From NCBI GenBank assembly GCA_964469405.1, contig CAYXYP010000005.1, positions 54 through 64,053 on the forward strand: DNA of 64,000 bases. Direction: 5' to 3'. A program made the position numbers and the translations under genes. This stretch comes from an uncultured Candidatus Saccharibacteria bacterium (GTDB lineage Bacteria; Patescibacteriota; Minisyncoccia; Phycocordibacterales; Phycocordibacteraceae). The stretch's first letter is position 1, and each line of letters begins with the position of its first letter. The notes beneath the pieces were generated by a model that saw only the letters and a program-made list of their open reading frames with translations, did not search any database and was not told the DNA's origin. Below are positions 46,557 to 56,957 of this stretch, piece after piece.

Positions 46557-47153
46557 CTATTTTAGAAGTTTAAGATGATCCAGGACCAAGTAGCCGGCGG
46601 CTACTGTCTTAGCATCAGTAATCTTCCCTTTTTTCAACATTTCACGAAATTTCTTGATGGAAAACTCTACCACCGTCATTACTTCAGTACTATCAAGATT
46701 CTGAGATTTTACGACCTTACATCCCTTCGCGAGAACGACATTGAAGTAGGTGGTCTGGAGTGCAGGATCATTCGGTATTGGATTACCAATTATTTTCATT
46801 TTTTTCACTTCTGCACCAACCTCTTCCAATAACTCATCCTTCGTAGCCTCTTGCCAAGATTGTCCTGGTTTCAAACGACCCCCAGGTAACTCAAGCGTCC
46901 ATTCGTTGGTCGCAAATCGAAACTGATTTACCAAAAGAACTTTTCTTTGTGTAGTGAGAGGGAAAATAAGAATGGATGGACCTATCTCTGGGCTGGCGAC
47001 GCAGATGAATGAGGCTATACTGCCGTTTGGCATTTGGAAATCTCGTTCGATAACAATTTTCCCAAATCTTGCGGCACGATCATCAACTACTCTTTCCGCG
47101 ACAAGTACCGGCTCTTGCGGAAGACCATTAACTTCATCAATGATTCGTGCCAT
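46557..47153 (-). CDS. NUDIX hydrolase (candidate GDP-sugar hydrolase)
   Basis: 198 aa. Nudix box GGRLKPGQSWQEATKDELLEEVG. Adjacent to the GMD/Rmd-like gene, as in gmd-fcl-gmm loci. Confidence 0.75.
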   Translation of the reverse strand: MARIIDEVNGLPQEPVLVAERVVDDRAARFGKIVIERDFQMPNGSIASFICVASPEIGPSILIFPLTTQRKVLLVNQFRFATNEWTLELPGGRLKPGQSWQEATKDELLEEVGAEVKKMKIIGNPIPNDPALQTTYFNVVLAKGCKVVKSQNLDSTEVMTVVEFSIKKFREMLKKGKITDAKTVAAGYLVLDHLKLLK

Positions 47154-48179
47154 TTATGTTCCTAGAACTTCTTTTGCTATTACTTTGCGCCAATGATCAA
47201 GAAGATGCGCCATACTTTCTTTAAACGTGTATTCTGGCTTCCATCCAGTTGTTTTAGCAAACTTCTTAGTACTAGGGATCTGAAGTGTGACATCTGACGG
47301 ACGAAGTAGTGCTGGATCCGCTCGTGTCGGAATCGGTTTGGTAGCGAGCGATTTGAGAGTTTCGAGAAAATCTCCAACCGAAATAGTAGTCGTACCGCCA
47401 ATATTATAGGCTTCCCCGGGTTCGCAATACATGAGTGCGTCCCAATATGCACGCATCGCGTCTCTGACATCAATAATGGTGCGTATGGAATCGAGATTTC
47501 CGTGTACCAACTCCTTCTGCAATCCTTTCTCTATACGCGCCACCTGTCGAGCAAATGAAGTTGCAAAGAGATCAGTTCGGCGTGGATTTAAATAGGTGAA
47601 CATTCGTGTCCGTATGATGCGCATGTTATACGCTTTGAAATAACTGTAGCCCAGAAGGTCCTGAGTGACCTTTGATACTGCGTACGGACTTGAAGGATGC
47701 ATAGGAGTCTCCTCATCTATTGGAACGTATTTCGGATCAACTATCCCATACACCTCTGAGGTGCTACACAATTGGATGAGAGGATCGATTTTCGCAGCAC
47801 GCACTGCTTCGAAGAGATTAGCGGTCGCCATAACATTGTTTTGCATGACCGAAAGAGGTGTTTCAAAAGAGGCGCGCACGTTCGCATGAGACGCCAAATG
47901 GAAAATGGCGTCGGGATTACTCTTCTCGAGAGTCCGAAGGACTGAACTGAAATCTGTTAAGTCACATTCATGCATAACTATCTTGTCCCGTATCGCGGAA
48001 AGATTGTCCGTGACAGTCGTACTGTGCCACCGCCCAGCTCCATGCACCTCAACTTCCGGATGGTTCTCGACTATATACTCAGCCAAATAACTCCCGCCCG
48101 AACCAGCAATACCCGTAATGAGTATGCGTCGTAACTTTTTCGGCTTTTTCTTTGTTCTAGATTCAGTAGGACGTCCCAT
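47154..48179 (-). CDS. GDP-mannose 4,6-dehydratase / Rmd-like NAD-dependent enzyme
   Basis: 341 aa. ITGIAGSGGSYLAEYIV and PYAVSK (YxxxK) motifs. Confidence 0.75.
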   Translation of the reverse strand: MGRPTESRTKKKPKKLRRILITGIAGSGGSYLAEYIVENHPEVEVHGAGRWHSTTVTDNLSAIRDKIVMHECDLTDFSSVLRTLEKSNPDAIFHLASHANVRASFETPLSVMQNNVMATANLFEAVRAAKIDPLIQLCSTSEVYGIVDPKYVPIDEETPMHPSSPYAVSKVTQDLLGYSYFKAYNMRIIRTRMFTYLNPRRTDLFATSFARQVARIEKGLQKELVHGNLDSIRTIIDVRDAMRAYWDALMYCEPGEAYNIGGTTTISVGDFLETLKSLATKPIPTRADPALLRPSDVTLQIPSTKKFAKTTGWKPEYTFKESMAHLLDHWRKVIAKEVLGT

Positions 48180-48209
48180 GGTTGTATGTTAGATTGCTAG
48201 ACTATACGT

Positions 48210-49394
48210 ATGAAAACGACAAAACACAAGAGCTGGCCTCTCATGTCAAATAACATTTCTCGAGACGACGTCAAAAAAGTCGTCTCGTTTTTGTCACAGA
48301 AAGAAATTCCTATTTTGACACAATCAAAGAACGTCAAAGCATTTGAAGAGAAATGGTCAAAATGGCTTGGGGTCAAATACAGTGTGTTCTTGAATTCTGG
48401 GAGTTCAGCGAATCAGATCACGATGTTAGCACTCAAAGAACTTTATGGATCTGGCGAAATCATCGTGCCCCCTTTAACGTGGGTGTCCGACATAGCTGCC
48501 GTCATGCAAAACGGATTTACTCCTATATTCTGTGATATTAACCTCACAAATCTCGCGCTTAACAGCAAGGAAGTGGAGAAGAAGATAACCAAAAATACCC
48601 GTGCGATCTTCCTGACTCATATTCTTGGATACAACGGACTCACTCAGGAACTACTCGACCTGTGTGCAAAAAAGAACATTATGCTTATAGAGGATGTATG
48701 TGAATCGCATGGAGCCACCTTTAACGGCAAGAGGTGTGGGACATTCGGCCTTGTGTCGAATTTTTCATTTTATTATGCCCACCATATGTCCTCTATAGAG
48801 GGAGGCATGCTCTGTACGAATGATGAAAAAATATACCAGTATGCACGGATGTTCCGATCCCACGGTATGGTGCGAGAATCAACCGACGACCGAATAAAGA
48901 ATACGTATACGGAGCAGTATCCTGATTTGAATCCTGATTTCATATTTTCTGCTCCGGCATATAACATGCGGAACAATGAAATTAATGCCGTCATGGCGCT
49001 GAATCAATTAAAGAGATTGAGCAAGAACAATCGAGTCAGATCGAGGAATTTAGGAGTATTTCTAAAAAACCTTGATGCGGAAAAATATATCACCGATTTT
49101 AATCAGGCCGGAAATTCTAATTATGCTCTTACCCTCCTCTTGAAGAAGAAGGATTTCAATATGCGAGATGTCGTGGAAAAGACGTTGCGCGAACATACCA
49201 TTGAATTCAGACGAGGGATGTCCGGCGGCGGAAACCAGCTTATGCAGCCCTATTTGAGACGATTGTTTGGCAATGAATATACAAACTATCCCAACGCAAA
49301 CCATGTCCACAATTTCGGGTGGTATATTGGAAATTATCCTGACTTAAAAAAAGAGAATATCCTCCGCCTCTGTAAGATACTGAACGCTCTATGA
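48210..49394 (+). CDS. DegT/DnrJ/EryC1/StrS-family sugar aminotransferase (second copy)
   Basis: 394 aa. NSGSSANQITMLAL...ESHGA...SFYYAHHMSSIEGG. Confidence 0.85.
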   Translation: MKTTKHKSWPLMSNNISRDDVKKVVSFLSQKEIPILTQSKNVKAFEEKWSKWLGVKYSVFLNSGSSANQITMLALKELYGSGEIIVPPLTWVSDIAAVMQNGFTPIFCDINLTNLALNSKEVEKKITKNTRAIFLTHILGYNGLTQELLDLCAKKNIMLIEDVCESHGATFNGKRCGTFGLVSNFSFYYAHHMSSIEGGMLCTNDEKIYQYARMFRSHGMVRESTDDRIKNTYTEQYPDLNPDFIFSAPAYNMRNNEINAVMALNQLKRLSKNNRVRSRNLGVFLKNLDAEKYITDFNQAGNSNYALTLLLKKKDFNMRDVVEKTLREHTIEFRRGMSGGGNQLMQPYLRRLFGNEYTNYPNANHVHNFGWYIGNYPDLKKENILRLCKILNAL

Positions 49395-50359
49395 TCATAG
49401 TGAAATCCCCTCTCCGAATATCGTTCTTTGGCGGATCTACCGACTATGAATCTTTTTATAAAGAACACGGTTCATTTATCATCGGCACGACAATCGATAA
49501 ATATATCTGGCTTCTTGCGAGGTACCGACCGAAAATTTTACCGAGGGAACATTCTCTCGGCTACTCCAAATTAGAACTAGTCTCTTCAATCGACGATATC
49601 CAAAATCCACTCATCCGTGAGGTCATGCGGCATCATGACATTCGTGACCACATAGATTTTAGTTCCTCTCCCGATGTTCCGTCACGAACAGGACTCGGTG
49701 GATCATCATCATTTTGCGTTGGTATGGTACATCTCATGAAAGAGTTGAAGAGCGAACGTAGTAATAAAAAAGATGTGGCAAAAACTGCCATTCATATAGA
49801 ACGAAACGTCTTGCAGGACAGTGGCGGTATCCAGGATCAGATATGGGCTGCCTATGGCGGCCTTAATACCATTACTATAAAAAAGAACGGTGATTTCACC
49901 GTCAAACCTATTCCGGTCTCTAAAAAATTCAAGCGCGCCCTGGAAGATTCCATTGTCTTGATTTACACGAATGAGCAGAGAGATCAAAATGAAATAGCCC
50001 AATCTCATGAGAATAAGAACGGTGAGAAGAAAGAGATACTTGAACTTGCACGAAAAGCATACAAAGCATTTATAAAAGAAGATGTAAAAGAAATTGGTAA
50101 GTTATTGCTTGAGGCATGGAACGAGAAACGCAAGATATCCCCGCTCATATCAACAAAAAAAATAGACGCTATGGTGGAACACGTTATGGATATGGGCGCA
50201 TATGGCGTAAAGCTTCTCGGAAGCGGCGGATGCGGGTTTTTGATGGTCATATGTAGTCCTACTGCCAAGAGAAAGATCGTAAAAAAATTCAAAGAAGATA
50301 TCCTTGAATTTAAATTTGAAAATCTCGGCACGACCGTGGTATATCCAACTAAGTCATAA
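49391..50359 (+). CDS. GHMP-family sugar kinase (D,D-heptose 7-phosphate kinase HddA-like)
   Basis: 322 aa. GHMP motif PSRTGLGGSSSFCVG and the C-terminal GSGGCGF. Confidence 0.8.
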   Translation: MIIVKSPLRISFFGGSTDYESFYKEHGSFIIGTTIDKYIWLLARYRPKILPREHSLGYSKLELVSSIDDIQNPLIREVMRHHDIRDHIDFSSSPDVPSRTGLGGSSSFCVGMVHLMKELKSERSNKKDVAKTAIHIERNVLQDSGGIQDQIWAAYGGLNTITIKKNGDFTVKPIPVSKKFKRALEDSIVLIYTNEQRDQNEIAQSHENKNGEKKEILELARKAYKAFIKEDVKEIGKLLLEAWNEKRKISPLISTKKIDAMVEHVMDMGAYGVKLLGSGGCGFLMVICSPTAKRKIVKKFKEDILEFKFENLGTTVVYPTKS

Positions 50360-50375
50360 TGTACAATAAAATTAT

Positions 50376-51314
50376 ATGAGCAAAATACTCGTCACCGGTG
50401 GAGCAGGATATATTGGTTCGATTTTGGTGCCGGAACTGCTTAGAGCCGGGCACGAGGTTACGGTTATAGACAATTTTCTCTATAACCAATCCTCTCTCAT
50501 GGATGTGTGTCATTACAAAACACTTACCATCGTCCGTGGGGATGCGAGGAATGAACCCCTGCTCAAAAAACATATCGTTGGTAAGGATTTCATCATTCCA
50601 CTCGCCTGCTTGGTGGGTGCTCCTCTCTGCGAAGAAGATCCTATCGGCGCCACGACCACAAACCGCGATGCAGTGTTAATGCTGCTTAAGCTCCGCACGC
50701 CTGAGCAGAAAATAATCTTTCCAAATACCAACAGTGGTTATGGCCGTATGGAAAAAGGAGTTGCACACTGCGATGAAAACAGCCCTCTAGAACCAGTCTC
50801 GCTCTATGGTCGACTAAAAGTTGAGACTGAGAAAGCTCTTCTTGAAGCGGGCAACGCAATAACTTTCAGACTGGCAACCGTCTGCGGCGTTAGCCCGCGG
50901 ATGAGAATGGACTTGCTAGTGAATGACTTTGTGTACCGGGCAATGACCGATGGAGCGGTTATATTATTTGAGCCACATTTCAAACGTAATTACATTCACG
51001 TAAGGGACGTTGCTCGAGCCTTTATGCATGCCATGGAAAATTTCGAGAGTATGAAAAACCAGCCCTATAACGTAGGTCTCTCAAATGCCAATCTAAGCAA
51101 ATCTGAACTGTGTGAAATAATAACCAAACAACTGCCGAAATTCGTTTTCATAGAATCCCCCATCGGTGAAGATCCTGACAAAAGAAATTATATTATCAGC
51201 AACGAAAAGATAGAAAAAACTGGCTTCGTCACGCAGGTCTCTATCGAAGATGCAATTGTTGAACTCATAAAAGGCTATCAGGTGGTTCGAAAAAACCAAT
51301 TCTCGAATATATGA
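50376..51314 (+). CDS. NAD-dependent sugar epimerase/dehydratase
   Basis: 312 aa. VTGGAGYIGS and YxxxK (YGRLK). Confidence 0.8.
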   Translation: MSKILVTGGAGYIGSILVPELLRAGHEVTVIDNFLYNQSSLMDVCHYKTLTIVRGDARNEPLLKKHIVGKDFIIPLACLVGAPLCEEDPIGATTTNRDAVLMLLKLRTPEQKIIFPNTNSGYGRMEKGVAHCDENSPLEPVSLYGRLKVETEKALLEAGNAITFRLATVCGVSPRMRMDLLVNDFVYRAMTDGAVILFEPHFKRNYIHVRDVARAFMHAMENFESMKNQPYNVGLSNANLSKSELCEIITKQLPKFVFIESPIGEDPDKRNYIISNEKIEKTGFVTQVSIEDAIVELIKGYQVVRKNQFSNI

Positions 51315-51748
51315 GACTAGGGATAGTCTCGGGGTATTTTAATCCCCTTCATGCTGGACATATAGAATATATAAACAGCGCAAAAAAACACTCAGATAAA
51401 CTCGTTTGTATCATAAATAGCGACCAACAAGTAGCTTTGAAGGGCTCCCAACCTTTTATGGATGAGCAGCATCGAGCGAATATTCTTCGCAATCTACGAT
51501 CCATTGATGACGTTCTCATATCGATAGACAAAGATGGGACACAGTGCGAATCTCTCAGAGACCTACGGAGCAAGTACCCGGATGATGATTTGATATTCTT
51601 TAACAGTGGCGATCGAAAAGGCGAAAATCTTAATATGAGCGAATCTGACACCTGCAAGGAGATAGGTATCGAGGTGCAAATTCTAGATTTGCCTAAAATA
51701 CATTCCTCGAGCGAACTATTGAAAAAGACAAGAGGCTCTGGTAATTGA
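51311..51748 (+). CDS. Cytidylyltransferase-like nucleotidyltransferase (HldE domain II / TagD-like)
   Basis: 145 aa. SGYFNPLHAGH (HxGH-type) motif. 4-nt overlap with the upstream epimerase. Confidence 0.7.
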   Translation: MRLGIVSGYFNPLHAGHIEYINSAKKHSDKLVCIINSDQQVALKGSQPFMDEQHRANILRNLRSIDDVLISIDKDGTQCESLRDLRSKYPDDDLIFFNSGDRKGENLNMSESDTCKEIGIEVQILDLPKIHSSSELLKKTRGSGN

Positions 51749-51750
51749 AA

Positions 51751-52566
51751 TTACCCTTTCCACTCTGTTTCTATATATTCTCGGAGAGCAACTTGCCATG
51801 GCCGCACGAGCGGAGATAAAGGCATACTTTCGTTGTCCCCGATAACATACAGAGACGGGAATTCTGATGAGGATACGGGAATAATTTTTGTGTTCCATCC
51901 CATGATGGAAATGATTTCTTGTGCGATATCATACTTCGTCGCGATACCGCCACCGATGTGGTATATGCCATTGCCATCTTCTTCTATCAGTTTTTGTATA
52001 GCGCCCGCAACATCTTTTCCCCACGACGGCGATGCCCTCTTATCAGTGACGGCACGTATATCTGACGATCCTTTCTGAGTGAGAAGTTTTTCTACAAATT
52101 TTGTACTCTTCTTTGGACCTCCCCCAAACATCCACGATATGCGCATGATGATGTACTCCTCGAGAACGCCCATGACCGCAAGCTCCCCAAGATGCTTTGA
52201 ACGCCCGTATACGGTGGTTGGGTTTGGTACATCCTTTTCCGTGTAGGACTCACTCTTCCCTCCATCAAATACATCCGAGGTAGAAATGTAAACAAGTTTC
52301 GCACCGACACTACGTGCCCCAAGCGCGAGATGATAGGTTCCAACCGAATTAACAAGATAGGCTTTCTCGGGATTTTTTTCGCAACTCGAAAGATCAACGA
52401 GAGCTGCACAGTGCACAATGACTTTCGGTCGTCTCTCTGCACATATATTCATCACTGCATTCAGGTCTGTTATATTGAGATCGCTCCGGCTCAGCCGAGT
52501 CCCAAAACTACAATAAGATCCAAGTACACCGTCTCCCCCAGTGACAAGTACATCCTTGGAGTTCAT
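51751..52566 (-). CDS. dTDP-4-dehydrorhamnose reductase-like (RfbD family)
   Basis: 271 aa. VLVTGGDGVLG...YGRSK. Confidence 0.75.
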   Translation of the reverse strand: MNSKDVLVTGGDGVLGSYCSFGTRLSRSDLNITDLNAVMNICAERRPKVIVHCAALVDLSSCEKNPEKAYLVNSVGTYHLALGARSVGAKLVYISTSDVFDGGKSESYTEKDVPNPTTVYGRSKHLGELAVMGVLEEYIIMRISWMFGGGPKKSTKFVEKLLTQKGSSDIRAVTDKRASPSWGKDVAGAIQKLIEEDGNGIYHIGGGIATKYDIAQEIISIMGWNTKIIPVSSSEFPSLYVIGDNESMPLSPLVRPWQVALREYIETEWKG

Positions 52567-53603
52567 TTTTTCTTTCCTTCGTTCAATTCATTGACGTACG
52601 CGGCAAACGTCCATTTCAGTGCTTGGCGTAAATTCACTTTTGGATTCCATTCCAAATCGCGCTGTGTATTGCGTATGTAGGGCGTTCGATTAATCATATC
52701 CTGATACCCTTCGCCATAATGTTTATGCGCGGTAATATCGATAATCCGTACATCTTTTACGCGTTCTAGAAAGTGTGGGTACGAGGGAGCAAGTTCTAAT
52801 GCCATCTCGGCGACTTCCCGAATAGAATGATTATTCTTCGGGTTGCCGATGTTGTATATCTTACCCGTGGTGATGCCGTTCTTATTCTCAATAATTTTAA
52901 TGAGCGCTTCTATAGCATCGTCAATGTAGGTAAACGAACGCCTGTTCGTACCGCCGTCAACGAGCTTTAGGTTTTCACCCCGCAGGATATTACCGAGAAA
53001 CTGCGTTATAAGACGCGCATTTCCTTTCGCATCATGAATATTGTCCTGACCATGTCCAATCCAGTTGAACGGTCGGAAAAGCGTGAAATCGAGTCCTCTA
53101 TCGCGCCCATAGGCATAGATAACACGGTCCATCATTTGCTTGCTTGTAGAATAAATCCAACGCATCTTGTTGATCGGACCTGTTACAAGATTCGATTCCT
53201 CAGGATGAAATTCGCGATCGGTGCTCATACCATATACTTCCGACGTGGAAGGCCAAATCACCCTTTTCTTCGCTTCCGCGCACATACGGACAATGGCGAG
53301 ATTCGCTTCGAAATCAATCTCGAAGACACGGAGAGGATCGAGAATGTAGGTCTTCGGGGTTGCGATGCCCGCGAGCGGCACGACTACATCGGCGCGCGCG
53401 ACCAATTTTTTAATAAGTGTCTTATTCGTGATAGTACCCTTATGAAATTCAAACCGTGGATTGCCGTGATGGGCGCGAAGATTATTATCCGACAAATCGC
53501 TTGCTATAACGTACCATTTCTTCCCGTCAAGAATACTGCGCACAAGATGCTGCCCAATAAAGCCATTTGCCCCAAATACGAGTACCGTCTTACCTTTTTT
53601 CAT
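52563..53603 (-). CDS. UDP-glucuronate decarboxylase / ArnA C-terminal-domain-like NAD-dependent enzyme
   Basis: 346 aa. VLVFGANGFIGQHL...WIYSTSK. Confidence 0.75.
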   Translation of the reverse strand: MKKGKTVLVFGANGFIGQHLVRSILDGKKWYVIASDLSDNNLRAHHGNPRFEFHKGTITNKTLIKKLVARADVVVPLAGIATPKTYILDPLRVFEIDFEANLAIVRMCAEAKKRVIWPSTSEVYGMSTDREFHPEESNLVTGPINKMRWIYSTSKQMMDRVIYAYGRDRGLDFTLFRPFNWIGHGQDNIHDAKGNARLITQFLGNILRGENLKLVDGGTNRRSFTYIDDAIEALIKIIENKNGITTGKIYNIGNPKNNHSIREVAEMALELAPSYPHFLERVKDVRIIDITAHKHYGEGYQDMINRTPYIRNTQRDLEWNPKVNLRQALKWTFAAYVNELNEGKKK

Positions 53604-53644
53604 GCGTTGATGTAGCCTACCACGTTAGATATAACGTCACAATT

Positions 53645-54898
53645 TTATGAAAGGATGCGCGGTTTTGGAACAGGGAGTATAAAAACGCCTCCGTTTTTTA
53701 TAAATTGTTGGTGATTTTTGACGATTGAATCTGCAAAATTCCAGGCGAGAATAAGGCAGACGTCAGGCGTATCAGTGTATAACGTGTCGGACGACTTAAT
53801 TGGAATGTGCGTACCCGGCATATAAAACCCTTGTTTCATTTTAGAATCGTCAACAATGTATTCGAGCGTCCCACCATCAATCCCAAGCGCGTAGCAAAGA
53901 GTCGTTGCTTTTGCGGGTGCTCCGTATCCAACGACACGCTTCCCCTGCCCGCGAAAATTTTCAAGAAGCGTGCGCAACTCCTTTCCAATTGCATCAATGC
54001 GCTCGGCGAACGAGTCGTACGTCGATACCGTATTAAGCGCTGATTCGTTAGCACACATGCGCTCAACCCTCTCGGAGGTTTTATGTGGGCCATCATCCCA
54101 TCCCACATACACACGAATCGAGCCACCATGCGTCGGAACGTGTTCTACATCGAAGATACGCAGGCCACGTTTTTGGAAAAAAGGAACAAGCGGCGTCAGA
54201 TGGTAATAACACAAATGTTCGTGGTAAATGATATCAAAAAGATTCTGTTCAATCAGATCCTTAAGATATTGGTTTTCAAAGATAAAAACGCCCTCTGGCA
54301 AAAGAAGTTCCTTCACTGATTCTACGAAACCTATGACGTCGTCAGTATGCGCGAACACGTTATTCGCGGTGATGATGGACGCTTTACCGTGTTCCGCAGC
54401 GATACCTCGAGCGGTTTCGGGTGTAAAGAATTTCGGAATAGTCGGGATATCATTTGCTGTTGCTTCCGTCGCAATATTCTCTGCGGGATCGATGCCGAGT
54501 ATTTTCATACCCTCTTTCTTGAAATGATCGAGGAGCACCCCGTCATTGCTTCCGATATCAACAACGAGCGAATCTCCCGAAAGCGAGAACCGCTCTTTAA
54601 CACTCTTCGCGTAACTAGCAAAGTGCGCTACAAATACTGGCGAGGTACCCGATACGTAGAGATAATGACTGAAAAGTAACTTTGGATCTACCACGTCACG
54701 CAATTGGATAAGTTTGCACGCATGACACGCATTAATGACGAGTGGCGCAAATATTTCTGGCTTATCGAGATCGTTGGATGCGAGGTAGGCATTCGCGGGT
54801 GGTGTTTCGCCGAAGGAAAGAACCTGGATTAGGTCCGTACTCCCGCACAAGCGACAATCGTTGCGAGCGTGAACTTTCTCATGCATGGCAGTATTCAT
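53645..54898 (-). CDS. Sugar C-methyltransferase (TylCIII/NovU-like) with N-terminal Zn-ribbon
   Basis: 417 aa. CRLCGS...CHACKL, then VVDIGSNDG SAM motif, then the C-methyltransferase C-terminal domain. Confidence 0.7.
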   Translation of the reverse strand: MNTAMHEKVHARNDCRLCGSTDLIQVLSFGETPPANAYLASNDLDKPEIFAPLVINACHACKLIQLRDVVDPKLLFSHYLYVSGTSPVFVAHFASYAKSVKERFSLSGDSLVVDIGSNDGVLLDHFKKEGMKILGIDPAENIATEATANDIPTIPKFFTPETARGIAAEHGKASIITANNVFAHTDDVIGFVESVKELLLPEGVFIFENQYLKDLIEQNLFDIIYHEHLCYYHLTPLVPFFQKRGLRIFDVEHVPTHGGSIRVYVGWDDGPHKTSERVERMCANESALNTVSTYDSFAERIDAIGKELRTLLENFRGQGKRVVGYGAPAKATTLCYALGIDGGTLEYIVDDSKMKQGFYMPGTHIPIKSSDTLYTDTPDVCLILAWNFADSIVKNHQQFIKNGGVFILPVPKPRILS

Positions 54899-55947
54899 AG
54901 GGAATTAATTATGTGTACCACTTGAGGCATGATGACGTCAAAGGAATATCCATCACGAACGGTTTGCTGTCCCGTCTGCCCAAGCCGCTCGCGGAGTGCG
55001 TGATCACGGAGAAGCAAAGTGATCCTCTCTACCCACTCATCTTCACTACTCGCAAGATACCCATTTACATTATCTTTGATGATACGGGGCATATTGCCGA
55101 ACGTGCTCACGACGACGGGAACAGCGCACGCCATATATTCGAGCACTTTCATCGAGGTTTTCCCTTCGTACCACGCTCCGTTGCTTAGGTGCGGTACGAC
55201 ACCAATATCGAATGTATGTATTGCTTTCGGTGCACTTTCCGGATCAGTATAAGCAAGCCTATCGATAAATCGAACATCGAGATCCGGAATGTGTTGAAAC
55301 AAGTTATATACTCTCAGATCTTTGAACGCTCCAATAAGCACAAACGTAAACGAAAGTTTCTGCTCCACAAGCCTTCTAAACACCGGTACAAGAATGGGAA
55401 GGTTCGCGAGATGCTCTGGTCCGGTCCCTAGCCAGCCAATAATTGGACGACTGTTCGGCAACGAGTAATCCTTCGTGAACTTTTCATAGGGAGCAGAATC
55501 GATTGCAATATGTACGATATGTACATTCTTATTGAATTGTTTTGCCCATACTGCCTGCTCATGCGTACAGACTATAACCGCATCGGCCATCCGTGAGAAA
55601 AATTTTGTCTTGAAAAAATTGTATACGTAGACCGGATCGTCAAAATCAAATATCATCTTCCGTCGAAATATAAAAAGGTAACTGACCATGATCACGAAAA
55701 AATATTTGCTATAAATGGTGCGCTGTAAAAATACAATATCCCCTTTCTGTATCGAAAAAAGCGAACGGATGACCTGCATGATCAACAAGAATTTCTTTGG
55801 CCATGGTGTGTTGGCTATCGAAAGCACGTAGGGCGTATGAATCGTCGTGCGAAACCCCCTCTTCTCCAACTCTTCGGCAACCCGAAAAGTTCGCTGCCTC
55901 GGTGAAGCAATAGTTCTATCACTAAAGGTGAAGAAGTGAATCATCAT
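54895..55947 (-). CDS. GT4-family glycosyltransferase
   Basis: 350 aa. E-x7-E-like region EGKTSMKVLEYMACAVPVVVS. Confidence 0.8.
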   Translation of the reverse strand: MMIHFFTFSDRTIASPRQRTFRVAEELEKRGFRTTIHTPYVLSIANTPWPKKFLLIMQVIRSLFSIQKGDIVFLQRTIYSKYFFVIMVSYLFIFRRKMIFDFDDPVYVYNFFKTKFFSRMADAVIVCTHEQAVWAKQFNKNVHIVHIAIDSAPYEKFTKDYSLPNSRPIIGWLGTGPEHLANLPILVPVFRRLVEQKLSFTFVLIGAFKDLRVYNLFQHIPDLDVRFIDRLAYTDPESAPKAIHTFDIGVVPHLSNGAWYEGKTSMKVLEYMACAVPVVVSTFGNMPRIIKDNVNGYLASSEDEWVERITLLLRDHALRERLGQTGQQTVRDGYSFDVIMPQVVHIINSL

Positions 55948-56957
55948 ACCAAGGACGCTTGCTGTGCGACATTTTCCATATCAATGGCATTAATGCAGGT
56001 AGGGTACTCTTTATGGGCATGTCCTGAAGTACAGAGGTCGCTGCGAGAAAATACAGTGATCGGTGCGTCTTCTCCGTATTGTTCAGGGAACCACCAATTA
56101 CGCCCGAGACAACTACATAGGACAACGAGCGGTGTACGGAGCTGTGCGGTGATATGCGCGACGCCCGTATCAAGACTGATGACTCCGCCACTTCGGGATA
56201 TGAGATTCATAAGTTCTTGAAGAGTCGCTTCGCCGGCAATAACTACAGCAGGAATATTCTCCGCAACCCGCAGGGCTTCCTCTCGATCATCCTTGCCGCC
56301 GCTTATCACGAAACGAGTGCCGGGAAACTTATTCGCAAGCGCACGAAGCAGCTCGCGTTTTTTATCCGGGTGTAGTCCTCGACCTACATTACCCGCAAAT
56401 AAATGCACCACGATAAACTTGTACGCCTCGAGATCAAACTTGGCGTAGACTGCCCCATCTCGCACAAAATCTAATGTCGGAAACGAGGACGAAACGGCCA
56501 ATCCTGCCGCGCGCAGGGCGGCACGATCACGGTCCGCAACCGACCTTAGAGCATGCAGGGGAACAATCTGGTCATAGAGTGCTCCATTCCACTTTGACGC
56601 ATCGGCAAAGCCAATGAGTCCTCCTCGTCTTGCGAGCGCTCGAGCGGCGAATTTACTCGCCAAAGCGAAACTCCCACCCTCTTTACCGGCATATTGCGTC
56701 ACCACAAAATCACTGCCGTGAAAATCTTTCCACAAGGAGAGGAGGGCTTTCGGAGAACGGCGATTCACTTCAATGACTTCGAGCCACGGATACGCGGCGA
56801 ACACATCGCGAATCATTCCCGCGCGACCCGCTATCACAATGCCACAACGCGCCTGCGGAAATTGCGTATGTACATTCTCCAGAAGATACTTCCCCATCAA
56901 GCAGTCCCCGATTGAAGAGGCGCGAAACGTAAGTGCTTTTTTAATTGGGACGACCAT
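55944..56957 (-). CDS. GT9-family glycosyltransferase (heptosyltransferase-like)
   Basis: 337 aa. IGDCLMGKY...SLDTGVAHITAQLRTPLVVL typical of RfaF/WaaC-type enzymes. Confidence 0.75.
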   Translation of the reverse strand: MVVPIKKALTFRASSIGDCLMGKYLLENVHTQFPQARCGIVIAGRAGMIRDVFAAYPWLEVIEVNRRSPKALLSLWKDFHGSDFVVTQYAGKEGGSFALASKFAARALARRGGLIGFADASKWNGALYDQIVPLHALRSVADRDRAALRAAGLAVSSSFPTLDFVRDGAVYAKFDLEAYKFIVVHLFAGNVGRGLHPDKKRELLRALANKFPGTRFVISGGKDDREEALRVAENIPAVVIAGEATLQELMNLISRSGGVISLDTGVAHITAQLRTPLVVLCSCLGRNWWFPEQYGEDAPITVFSRSDLCTSGHAHKEYPTCINAIDMENVAQQASLV

